Positions 32,590-40,446 of a stretch of DNA of 64,000 bases are shown here, in pieces (within the stretch, counting starts at the first letter, position 1; every line of letters begins with the position of its first letter). The position numbers were made by a program, and so were the translations under genes. Origin of the DNA: Patescibacteria group bacterium (GTDB lineage: Bacteria > Patescibacteriota > Patescibacteriia > Patescibacteriales > WJLG01). Where the stretch lies: assembly GCA_028707065.1 (NCBI GenBank), contig JAQTUZ010000002.1, positions 6,513-70,512 of the forward strand, read 5' to 3'. Below the pieces are notes generated by a model. The model searched no databases and was not told the origin of the DNA. It was given only the letters and a program-made list of their open reading frames with translations.

Positions 32590-32672
32590 GAGAACATAAA
32601 ACATAGAACATAGAACATGAAAAAGAAAGAACATGATTAAGCTAATGTTCTATGCTCTTTGTTCTTTGCTCT
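32590..32672. repeat. family E (CATAGAAC-word) hairpin after virB4
   Basis: agagaacataaaacatagaacatagaacatg / atgttctatgctctttgttctttgctct. Confidence 0.85.
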
Positions 32673-32683
32673 ATTTATAAAAT

Positions 32684-33298
32684 ATGAATAAACGAACAAT
32701 CAGGACGATTATTTTGATCGCTGTCATTATTTTGCTGCTTCTCATCATTGCCTATTTTCTTTGGATGTTTAAGTTTCCGGGAAGCGTGATTCCCAAAGCG
32801 GTTAGCAAGGCCACGACCAGCCCGATAACCAATACGATCGGTCAGAATTCAACTATTGCCGCGACCACGCCGGTTACGCCGGTTAAACCAAGCGTTCCGC
32901 CGGCCTCCAGCGAGACGATTACCCAGGCCAACTTGGTCAAGATCGCCGACTCGTTCGCCGAACGCCTGGGCAGTTATTCCAATCAATCCAATTTCAGCAA
33001 TATCAATGACTTAAAACTTTTGATGACCGCCTCGATGCAATCTTGGGCGGATAAATATATCGCCGCCAACCAAAAAGCGGCTTATTCCGGCGTTTACCAG
33101 GGAGTAACCACCCGCGCGATTTCGACCGAAACCATTGATTTTAATGACGCCAAAGGCCAGGCTGACTTTTTGGTGCATACGCAAAAAGTGGCGCAAACCG
33201 GCGCGGACAAGCCGGTGGTCACTTATCAAGACATCAGTATTGCTTTCGTCAAGCAAAATAATATCTGGCTGGTGGACAATGCGGTGTGGAAAAAATAG
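32684..33298 (+). CDS. membrane-anchored hypothetical protein
   Basis: 204 aa. N-terminal TM (TIILIAVIILLLLIIAYFLW), a Thr/Pro-rich linker and a globular C-terminal domain. No motif recognised. Confidence 0.55.
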   Translation: MNKRTIRTIILIAVIILLLLIIAYFLWMFKFPGSVIPKAVSKATTSPITNTIGQNSTIAATTPVTPVKPSVPPASSETITQANLVKIADSFAERLGSYSNQSNFSNINDLKLLMTASMQSWADKYIAANQKAAYSGVYQGVTTRAISTETIDFNDAKGQADFLVHTQKVAQTGADKPVVTYQDISIAFVKQNNIWLVDNAVWKK

Positions 33299-33333
33299 AA
33301 AATTAGAAAATTAGAAAATTAGAAAATTAGAAT
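33297..33333. repeat. AGAAAATT octamer tandem array
   Basis: agaaaatt x4 then agaat, starting at the stop codon of the preceding gene. Confidence 0.9.
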
Positions 33334-33382
33334 CTCTTCTTATTTCTCGCCTATTAAATTATCGAAACAAGGAATTATTGCA

Positions 33383-34726
33383 ATGGCTAATAAGGTAAAG
33401 AACGTTTACGTCTGCACGAATTGCGGCGCCCAATCCATCAAATGGAGCGGGCGTTGTTTGGAATGCGGCGGCTGGGGAACTCTGACGCTTGAAACCGTGG
33501 CCGAAGGCGAAGCTAAGATAGCGGCAAGCGCGGTGCCGGCGGAAATCGTTGACTTGAGCAAGATCAAGGAGACAAATTTGAACCGGCTCGCGACCGGGAT
33601 CGGCGAATTTGATCGCGTGGTCGGCGGCGGCATCGTGCCTGGCTCATTATTGCTTCTTTCCGGCGAGCCGGGGATCGGCAAATCAACTATCGTGGCGCAA
33701 GTGGCGGACAAGATCGGGCTCTCGGGCATTGGAAAAGTTTTTTATGTTTCCGGCGAAGAATCGGCCGCGCAGGTGAAATCGCGCCTGGACCGGCTCAATT
33801 GCGGTTTGGATAATATCAAGTTCATCAGTGAAACCGACGCGGATAAAATTTGCGCCGCGCTCGTCAAAGAAAAGCCGGCTTTGGCGATCATTGATTCCAT
33901 CCAAACCGTTTATTGTCCCGAAGTCGCTTCCGAAGCCGGCGGCTTGAGTCAGATTCGCGCCGCGGCCGTAAAATTTTTGGAAGTGGCCAAGCAAAAGGGG
34001 GTTGCCGTGCTCTTGATCGGCCATATTACCAAGGACGGGCAGATTGCCGGGCCGAAATCTTTGGAGCATATCGTTGATACGGTGATATATCTGGAAGCGG
34101 ATACGACCAATGATTACCGCGTCTTGCGGGCGATGAAAAATCGCTTTGGTTCGGTGAATGAATTGGGAATTTTTGAGATGACCGGCGCCGGCTTCAAAGA
34201 AATCATCAATCCGTCGCTTGTTTTTGTGGAAACCGGTTTGGAAAATATTTCCGGCTCGGTCTTGTCGGCGGTGATGGAAGGCACGCGTCCGTTTATTGTC
34301 AATGTCCAGGCTTTGGCTACTAAAACGGTTTTTGGTTATCCCCAGCGCCGCGCTTCGGGCTTTGATCTTAATCGTTTGCAAGTTCTGGCCGCGGTGCTGA
34401 CTAAAAAAGCCAAAATAAATCTGATGGCCGAAGATGTGGTTTTAAATATTGTCGGCGGCTTGAAACTAAATGATCCGGCCATGGACTTGGCGGTTTGTCT
34501 GGCGATCATTTCTTCTTTATTAAATAAAGTCATCGATAATAAAACGATCGTTTTGGGCGAGGTCGGCTTGGGCGGGGAAGTGCGCTCGGTGCCGAAATTA
34601 GCCGAGCGCCTTAAAGAAGCGGAAAAACTTGGCTTCACGCGCGCCATAATTCCCGATGCCAAAATTTCCAGCGGCAAATTAAAACTTACCAAGATCAAGA
34701 GTGTTTCCGAGTTATTGGACATTTGA
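33383..34726 (+). CDS. radA: DNA repair protein RadA/Sms
   Basis: 447 aa. Zn finger CTNCGAQSIKWSGRCLECGGWG, Walker A GEPGIGKST, the KNRFG motif and a Lon-like C-terminal domain. Confidence 0.95.
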   Translation: MANKVKNVYVCTNCGAQSIKWSGRCLECGGWGTLTLETVAEGEAKIAASAVPAEIVDLSKIKETNLNRLATGIGEFDRVVGGGIVPGSLLLLSGEPGIGKSTIVAQVADKIGLSGIGKVFYVSGEESAAQVKSRLDRLNCGLDNIKFISETDADKICAALVKEKPALAIIDSIQTVYCPEVASEAGGLSQIRAAAVKFLEVAKQKGVAVLLIGHITKDGQIAGPKSLEHIVDTVIYLEADTTNDYRVLRAMKNRFGSVNELGIFEMTGAGFKEIINPSLVFVETGLENISGSVLSAVMEGTRPFIVNVQALATKTVFGYPQRRASGFDLNRLQVLAAVLTKKAKINLMAEDVVLNIVGGLKLNDPAMDLAVCLAIISSLLNKVIDNKTIVLGEVGLGGEVRSVPKLAERLKEAEKLGFTRAIIPDAKISSGKLKLTKIKSVSELLDI

Positions 34727-34803
34727 CAAAAATAGTAAAATGAGCTATGGTGCCTTGAAGCGTTTTTTTATCGAAATAAAAACATTTTCAAGGGAGGTTT
34801 ATT

Positions 34804-35097
34804 TTGCAAGTTAAAATTTGCATTCCCGAAGGGCATGCTGCTGCGAATGGAACTTCTTTCATTGGAAGTTTTTTTCTTTTTAAATCAATGAGCAGGAGGG
34901 GAAAGCCCAGATTCGATTTTCACGATAGCGCTGAAAAAACTAAATTTAGCCGCGTGATCGAGGTACTGGAAAAAAAAGAAGGCGCAAGGTTGGATAATTT
35001 TTTCACCGAAGCCAGAAGCCGGCACATGGCGAAACGGCTCGGAGTGGTAGTAGTTGTTGAAAAACAGGCCTATTTTCCGGAATTGATCGTGGCTTAA
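34804..35097 (+). CDS. hypothetical small protein
   Basis: 97 aa, TTG start 7 nt after gggagg. Followed by the terminator at 35131-35164. No motif. Confidence 0.3.
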   Translation: MQVKICIPEGHAAANGTSFIGSFFLFKSMSRRGKPRFDFHDSAEKTKFSRVIEVLEKKEGARLDNFFTEARSRHMAKRLGVVVVVEKQAYFPELIVA

Positions 35098-35130
35098 AAA
35101 CAGCGAATTTAGCTCAAAAATGACGAAAAT

Positions 35131-35164
35131 AATAGCGGTTTCCCAATGAAATCGCTATTTTTAT
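35131..35164 (+). terminator. Rho-independent terminator
   Basis: aatagcggtttc-ccaat-gaaatcgctatt stem (one mismatch) followed by a T-run. Confidence 0.6.
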
Positions 35165-35169
35165 TACTA

Positions 35170-35198
35170 TTGACTTTTTATTATTTTTATGCTATGAT
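35170..35198 (+). promoter_or_regulatory. sigma70-type promoter TTGACT-17-TATGAT
   Basis: ttgact at 35170-35175, a 17-nt spacer, tatgat at 35193-35198. About 70 nt upstream of the 35267 ORF, which has an aagggg SD. Confidence 0.5.
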
Positions 35199-35266
35199 AA
35201 TAACAGGTTTATAATTAATATTTGAACCTTGAAATATACTAATTTAACCTAATAGAAGGGGCTAAA

Positions 35267-35554
35267 ATGGAAAATGCCGCTATCGGTTTTCAATCAGGAA
35301 CGATGTTAAGGACAGTGAAAACAGTATGGGTCAGAAATATTTGGCGCAAAATTACTCCGAAGATTAAGAGCTGCTGGCACATTTTACTGCAGATAACCCG
35401 CCTTTGCTTCTATTTTTTCATCAGTCTTTATTTTGTTGGCATTTTTCTTCTCTATCAGATTTCCACCAAAGAAATCGCTGATGGATGGACGAGATTTCCT
35501 TTTCATATGGCATCGCATCTTTGGCAATATTTACTGCGTAATTTCGCGGGATGA
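35267..35554 (+). CDS. hypothetical small membrane protein
   Basis: 95 aa. Has a promoter and SD upstream and one clear TM (LCFYFFISLYFVGIFLLY). Confidence 0.4.
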   Translation: MENAAIGFQSGTMLRTVKTVWVRNIWRKITPKIKSCWHILLQITRLCFYFFISLYFVGIFLLYQISTKEIADGWTRFPFHMASHLWQYLLRNFAG

Positions 35555-35579
35555 TTGCATTTTTTTTCACAGTAATAAT

Positions 35580-35617
35580 GAGCCCGGTTCGAAATCGAAC
35601 CGGGCTCAAATTTTTTT
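35580..35617. terminator. strong hairpin between convergent genes (bidirectional terminator candidate)
   Basis: gagcccggttcgaaatcgaaccgggctc (12-bp stem) followed by aaattttttt on the + strand. Lies 6 nt beyond the recG stop on the - strand. Confidence 0.6.
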
Positions 35618-35622
35618 AAATG

Positions 35623-37845
35623 CTATTCCAAATGAATTTTTTCTTCGAAAATTTCCATTTCCTGCTTTAAGGCAGGATTTTTTTTAAGGTCTGGATCGAT
35701 GTTGAGCAAGGCGACGGCTTCGTTTTGCGCTTGTTGCATTAATTCATAATCCCAGAGCGTGGCGATCTTCAATCCGGGGAAGCCGGATTGGGCCGTGCCG
35801 AAAATTTCGCCCGAACCGCGCAATTTTAAATCCATCTTGGCCAAGGCAAAACCGTCGGAAATTTTTTCCATCGCTTCCAGGCGGCGGCGAGTTTTTTCAT
35901 CGTTGGAAGAAGGGAAGAGAAAACAATATGATTGCTCGGCGCCGCGCCCGACCCGGCCGCGGAATTGATGCAATTGCGCCAAGCCGAAACGATCGGCGCC
36001 TTCGATCATCATAATAGTTGCGTTGGGAACATCGACGCCGACTTCGATCACGGAAGTGGAAACCAAGATTTTATATTCATTATCCAAAAAGCCGCGCATG
36101 ATTTCTTCTTTGTCTTTGGCCTTAAGTTTTCCGTGCAGGGCGGCCATCTTTATTTCCGGAAAAATTGCTTTGTCTAGTTTGATAAATTCTTCTTTGACTG
36201 ATTTCACGCCATAAAGATCAGATTCTTCAATCAGGGGACAAATGACAAAAGTTTGCCGGCCGGCCTTGATTTGTTTCCTGATAAAATCATAAGCGGCGGC
36301 GCGTTTTTCTTCCGGAACGATACGGGTCATGATCGGTTTGCGCCCGATCGGCATCTGTTTGATCACGGAAATATCCAGATCGCCAAACAGCGCCAGCGCC
36401 AGCGAGCGGGGGATCGGCGTGGCCGTCATCGATAATAAATGCGGCGTCAAATCCGAATGGCCGGATTTGGCCATTAAAGTTTTTCTCTGCTCCACGCCGA
36501 AGCGGTGCTGTTCGTCGATTACGGCTAAAGCCAAATTTTTAAATTTCACATCTTCCTGCAATAACGCATGCGTGCCGATAATGATATCTATTTCGCCCGC
36601 CCCGACCATCTTTAAAATTTCCGCCCTGCCGATTTTTTTCCCTCCTTGCGAAGGAGAGGTTAGGGGTGGTTTGTTTTTGTCATCCCGCCTGCCCGGCCAG
36701 GGAGCACAGGCCGCCTCGGCGACGGGGCAAGCAGCTGAAAAATCCCCTCTTGGGAGGGGTGGCCGCGCCGCGCGGACGGGGTGGGTATATTTATTTTCGT
36801 TATTTAAGAGTCGATAATTATTTGTCAGTAAGGCAATTCTTAATGGAAAATTATTTAGCAATCGCGAAAGCGAATTAAAATGCTGCTGCGCGAGAATTTC
36901 CGTCGGCGCCATCAAAACGCCCTGCTTATTATTCAGCGCCACGTTTAGCAAGGCGATGACCGCTACCAAAGTTTTTCCCGAGCCAACATCGCCGTTCAAG
37001 AGCCGCGACATCGGCCGCGTTTTGCCCAAATCGCCTAAGATCGCCCAAGCGGCTTGCCGCTGGTCGTCAGTTAATTTGAAAGGCAAACCGGCCACAAATT
37101 CCTTGGTATCTTTTTCCTTGAATTCGATTTTTACAGCAGTTGCCAAATCGCGGTCTTTTTTTACCAATTGCGATTTTAATTGCAGCAAAAATAATTCATC
37201 GAAGGCCAGGCGGCGGCGCGCCGTCTCCGCGTCAGCCCATTTTTTGGGGAAATGGATCAGTTTTATCGTTTCCTTGAGCGGTAATAAATTAAGTTTTTTT
37301 CTGATTTCTTCCGGCAGAGCGTCGGGTAAATTATGGCTAAGATCGATAACCTGGCTGATTAAAAATCTTAATTGTTTTTGGGTGATCTTTTCAGTCAAAT
37401 GATAATTGGGCACCAAGCCGGAAGTGTGAATCAGTCCTGATGTGCTGACCCGTTCATAAACCGGCGAGGCCATGGTCAAAACGCCCTGATCTTCGGCTCG
37501 GCCGGCGAGCGAGATTGTGTCGCCGACGCGCAAGGTTTTGCCGATGAACGGCTGATTGAACCAGATCACTTTTAAAGTTTCCGTTCCATCGTTAATGAGC
37601 GCTTCAGTGATATACATGCGGCGATGGTGGGCGCGGCGATTCTCGATCAATTCGATCTGGCCGATGACATTGGCGGCAATTCCCGGCCGCAAATCCTTAA
37701 TTTTGGTCGAATGGGTAAAATCGTCATAACGATAGGGAAAATAAAAAAGCAGATCTTCTGCGTTATTAAGACCGATCATTGCCAGACGCTTGCCGATGCT
37801 CGCGCCCACGCCTTTGAGGGAAGTTAGAGGAGTATTTAAGTCCAT
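35623..37845 (-). CDS. recG: ATP-dependent DNA helicase RecG with repeat-encoded internal insert
   Basis: ORF track start 37884 lies in CGAATAC-word repeats; I prefer the ATG at 37845 (MDLNTPLTSLKGVG). Wedge/OB N-terminus, helicase motifs GDVGSGKT, VIDEQHRFG, LSMTATPIPR, QLHQFRGRVGRG. Confidence 0.9.
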   Translation of the reverse strand: MDLNTPLTSLKGVGASIGKRLAMIGLNNAEDLLFYFPYRYDDFTHSTKIKDLRPGIAANVIGQIELIENRRAHHRRMYITEALINDGTETLKVIWFNQPFIGKTLRVGDTISLAGRAEDQGVLTMASPVYERVSTSGLIHTSGLVPNYHLTEKITQKQLRFLISQVIDLSHNLPDALPEEIRKKLNLLPLKETIKLIHFPKKWADAETARRRLAFDELFLLQLKSQLVKKDRDLATAVKIEFKEKDTKEFVAGLPFKLTDDQRQAAWAILGDLGKTRPMSRLLNGDVGSGKTLVAVIALLNVALNNKQGVLMAPTEILAQQHFNSLSRLLNNFPLRIALLTNNYRLLNNENKYTHPVRAARPPLPRGDFSAACPVAEAACAPWPGRRDDKNKPPLTSPSQGGKKIGRAEILKMVGAGEIDIIIGTHALLQEDVKFKNLALAVIDEQHRFGVEQRKTLMAKSGHSDLTPHLLSMTATPIPRSLALALFGDLDISVIKQMPIGRKPIMTRIVPEEKRAAAYDFIRKQIKAGRQTFVICPLIEESDLYGVKSVKEEFIKLDKAIFPEIKMAALHGKLKAKDKEEIMRGFLDNEYKILVSTSVIEVGVDVPNATIMMIEGADRFGLAQLHQFRGRVGRGAEQSYCFLFPSSNDEKTRRRLEAMEKISDGFALAKMDLKLRGSGEIFGTAQSGFPGLKIATLWDYELMQQAQNEAVALLNIDPDLKKNPALKQEMEIFEEKIHLE
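36639..36788. repeat. compound B + C + A element insert, in frame inside recG
   Basis: Family B 36639-36673, tgtcatcc-type hairpin 36679-36725, family A 36743-36788. The coding strand reads ..YTHPVRAARPPLPRGDFSAACPVAEAACAPWPGRRDDKNKPPLTSPSQGGKK... Confidence 0.85.
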
Positions 37846-37898
37846 AAATATAACGCGAATACTGCGAATTTTACGCGAATACAACGAACTATTTTTAA

Positions 37899-37946
37899 TT
37901 CCCCTCCGCGGGAGGGGTGGTCCGCCCTGGGCGGACCGGGGTGTGT
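37899..37946. repeat. family A double-hairpin element (intergenic, upstream of recG)
   Basis: ttcccctccgcgggaggggtggtccgccctgggcggaccggggtgtgt, followed by catcc. Confidence 0.85.
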
Positions 37947-38014
37947 CATCCGATTCATAGAGTTTGCGGTATTCGCATTATGTATCTGATTTTACCTTTT
38001 TTCACCTTTTATTT

Positions 38015-38066
38015 CAAATAAAAATCCCGCACCTTTTGTAGAGAGTATTCTCAAAAAGGTGCGGGA
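38015..38066 (-). terminator. Rho-independent terminator of the 38075-38527 gene
   Basis: Minus strand: cccgcaccttttt-loop-aaaaggtgcggg followed by atttttatttg. Confidence 0.6.
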
Positions 38067-38074
38067 TGCGAGAT

Positions 38075-38527
38075 TTAAGCAAGCAATTTGGCGACTGCTT
38101 GTTTTATTTTTTTGTTGAGTTTGATGGAAATGTTCGGGTCGCCATCGCGGCCTGTTCCGGGACAGGGGATGCAAAGATAATTATGATCGCGGATAAACTT
38201 GGCTTGCTCGGCCGCGTCGCCCCCGTAGTGATTGATCAGCCATTGGCTTTGATTATCGATAGTGGCCTCGATTAAGCCAAAAGCATTTTGTAATGACTCC
38301 TTTTTCATTATCCTGCACCCAGTCACTATTTCAGAAGGGCCGTGAACGACTCGCCAGGCTACGTCATAATAATTTTCGGTGAAGTTTTTTGATATTGTTA
38401 ATTGTTCCGCTCTTCCGCCAATGGCCAGATAGCCATTTTCTCTGATAAAATTTGTTATCCGCATTTCATCGCCATGACTGTGCCACCAATCGGGACGCTG
38501 TTTTAACCGAGGTATTTTTGTCGCCAT
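38075..38527 (-). CDS. hypothetical protein
   Basis: 150 aa, no motif recognised. A terminator lies downstream. Confidence 0.55.
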   Translation of the reverse strand: MATKIPRLKQRPDWWHSHGDEMRITNFIRENGYLAIGGRAEQLTISKNFTENYYDVAWRVVHGPSEIVTGCRIMKKESLQNAFGLIEATIDNQSQWLINHYGGDAAEQAKFIRDHNYLCIPCPGTGRDGDPNISIKLNKKIKQAVAKLLA

Positions 38528-38654
38528 CAGAACCTCCGTTTTTGTTTTTAAGTTGCAAATTTAAGCCGATTAGCTTAACAGATTATATTAAGGCAAAACA
38601 ACAAAAAAGGCAAGAAATAAAAAAGCCTGGTTTTTGAGGCCAAGCTTTTGCGAG

Positions 38655-39611
38655 TCAGAGTGAAAAAAAACTCGATTTCTTCTTTTTTTGCTTAGTATTT
38701 TTGCTTTTTTCCGGAGCGGGCGGCAATTTGATTATGTCATTAATCGGGTGGCAAATGGTTTCGGTTGGCGCTTTGCGACGTTTAGGAGACTCCGCCGAAG
38801 CCGTTTCGATGCCATATTTTTTTCCCAGCGCCAGATAGATTTCCATGAAGATTTTTTCCGCTTCCTTGATCATTGATGAGCCCGGGGGATAATTGATGAT
38901 CGGGTCTTTGATAACCAGATAGTCGGCGTTGGAATTGATTGCCGCGGTCGGGGTAATCGTTTTCCCCAGACAATTTGACGAACCTTTCGGGTCAACACCA
39001 TAGATCATTTTCTTAATGTGTCCAAAAGCGATTTTGTCGTCGTATGATTTAATATCTCTGGGGCTGCAAATCACCCCATCTAATTCGCGTCTGGAAACAA
39101 TATCCTGGAAAGATTTCATCCGGCCATAAAATTCGCCAAAAATCGGCGCAGCAGCACACGGTTCAAGGTTAATGGGTATGGTAATGGCAAAGATCAACGG
39201 TCGGAACGGCAAACTGGACGAGCTTTCTTCCGGCTGGATTTCCCATGCTTCCCGAAATGGCCTGGTGCCTTTGTTCATTTCATCAACGAAATTTTCGATT
39301 GCTTTAAACCCGGCGGAACAATGGATGCTGACCATTGCCGCTCCGCTGTCTTTGAGCTTTTTTCCCAGATTACCCATTTCATCGTCAGGCACATTGATGT
39401 TCAAATTAAGGAAAATGCGCGTCTTTAAGTCTTTAGCCGCCAAGAGTATCGCATAGTAAGAACTTAGGCTGGCTGCCAGATTTACGCAAAACCCTCCGAC
39501 ATGGGGAGATAATTCCCGCATAATCGGATGGGCCTCATCAAAATAAGCAAAATCAGACATGTCGACCATCATTATGCCTCGAGCTTTTAGTTTCAGGGTG
39601 GCTTCATCCAT
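38655..39611 (-). CDS. hypothetical protein with weak, degenerate OMP-decarboxylase-like (TIM-barrel) pattern
   Basis: 318 aa. IMMVDM.., ..RIFLNLNINVPDDE.. and ..AAMVSIHCSAG.. loosely parallel the OMPDC blocks (..vALD.., ..iFLDlKlhDIpnT.., ..vtvH...G), but the catalytic Asp/Lys positions are replaced. Lys-rich C-terminal tail. Confidence 0.45.
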   Translation of the reverse strand: MDEATLKLKARGIMMVDMSDFAYFDEAHPIMRELSPHVGGFCVNLAASLSSYYAILLAAKDLKTRIFLNLNINVPDDEMGNLGKKLKDSGAAMVSIHCSAGFKAIENFVDEMNKGTRPFREAWEIQPEESSSSLPFRPLIFAITIPINLEPCAAAPIFGEFYGRMKSFQDIVSRRELDGVICSPRDIKSYDDKIAFGHIKKMIYGVDPKGSSNCLGKTITPTAAINSNADYLVIKDPIINYPPGSSMIKEAEKIFMEIYLALGKKYGIETASAESPKRRKAPTETICHPINDIIKLPPAPEKSKNTKQKKKKSSFFSL

Positions 39612-39720
39612 GATAATGTCCTTTTTTAAAGTGTTTAAAGAGCATTACAAGTTTTCTATCTAAAATACCATAAAGATTAAAATTAATCAATGGGTACGTA
39701 TGTAGCGGGATATTGATAAA

Positions 39721-39748
39721 ATAAAAACAGGCCTCGTCGGCCTGCTTT
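39721..39748 (-). terminator. Rho-independent terminator closing the tRNA-Arg/repeat transcription unit
   Basis: Minus strand: aaagcaggcc-gacg-aggcctg followed by tttttat. Confidence 0.65.
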
Positions 39749-39752
39749 AAAT

Positions 39753-40094
39753 TGTGCTCTCGACAGGAAATCGAATCGTCGCTTCGCTCCTCTTTGGAAG
39801 GGGTTTCCACCCCTTCCAATACCATCCCCCGAAAACAGCGGGGAACTACCGTTCCCCAAACCCCTCCCGTTCGATTCCTGTCGGACAAAACAAAAACGGC
39901 CGCCGATGCGTCCGCTTTTGTTTTGTGCTCTCGACAGGAAATCGAATCGTCGCTTCGCTCCTCTTTGGAAGGGGTTTTCACCCCTTCCAATACCATCCCC
40001 CGAAAACAGCGGGGAACTACCGTTCCCCAAACCCCTCCCGTTCGATTCCTGTCGGACAAAACAAAAACGGCCGCCGATGCGTCCGCTTTTGTTT
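39753..40094. repeat. two tandem 171-bp units, each starting with a copy of the tRNA-Arg 3' end
   Basis: Units 39753-39923 and 39924-40094 differ at one base that I could see. Each begins tgtgctctcgacaggaaatcgaa (compare the tRNA 3' end tgtgctctcgacaggaatcgaa at 40095) and carries an inverted partner gttcgattcctgtcggac. Each holds three internal hairpins (ttggaagggg/ccccttccaa, ccccg/cgggg, gggaac/gttccc) and a terminator-like aaaacaaaa..ttttgtttt hairpin. Confidence 0.9.
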
Positions 40095-40096
40095 TG

Positions 40097-40168
40097 TGCT
40101 CTCGACAGGAATCGAACCTGTATCACAAGCTTCGGAGGCCTGCGTCCTATCCGTTGAACGACGAGAGC
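40097..40168 (-). tRNA. tRNA-Arg (anticodon CCG)
   Basis: 72 nt folded by hand: acceptor GCTCTCG/CGAGAGC, D arm GTTC-AACGGATA-GGAC, anticodon arm CAGGC-CTCCGAA-GCTTG, T arm ACAGG-TTCGATT-CCTGT, discriminator A. Confidence 0.85.
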
Positions 40169-40233
40169 TAAATGTGTTTCTTTATCTTTTTTTACTTTGT
40201 AAAAAGTGTAAAACGCGCCCGGCCCTGCCGGGC

Positions 40234-40283
40234 ATCCGTTGCCACCCAGAGGGTGGTCCGCCTTTGGCGGAAACGACGAGAGC
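40234..40283 (-). pseudogene. tRNA-Arg 5' fragment (acceptor + D arm) interrupted by a 30-bp double-hairpin element
   Basis: The plus strand reads atccgttg[ccacccagagggtggtccgcctttggcgga]aacgacgagagc. Without the bracketed insert (40242-40271) it equals the 5' 20 nt of the CCG tRNA. No anticodon or T arm follows; a hairpin gcccggc/gccgggc follows instead. Confidence 0.6.
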
Positions 40284-40446
40284 TTCTAGTTAATTATAAA
40301 TTAAAAATTATAAATTATAAATAGGCGATTTGTTCATAACAAATAAAACCCTTCAAAGGGTTCTATTTGTACAATTTTTCATCTTTAATTTTTAATTGAT
40401 TCATGTGCCCTTATGGGGACTGGATTGGAACCGAATACTGCGGGAA

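Noticed and set aside
31012-34722. Long antisense ORFs inside virB4 (31012..31401, 31597..32226) and radA (33683..34381, 34336..34722).
   Set aside because: The sense-strand products carry complete VirB4 and RadA motif sets. The antisense products have no motifs and show biased composition.
39753-40094. Possible CRISPR array (this tandem repeat, and the heptamer/octamer arrays at 6982, 10886, 29207 and 33297).
   Set aside because: No repeat-spacer alternation is present. The 171-bp units are contiguous and the short arrays are pure microsatellites. No cas genes are in the window.
39604-40293. Four overlapping ORFs (39604..40059, 39683..40126, 39752..40171, 39754..40293) with internally duplicated peptides.
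   Set aside because: They read through the 171-bp tandem repeat and the tRNA-Arg gene on both strands. The duplicated peptides are a direct consequence of the DNA repeat, so they are not evidence of coding.
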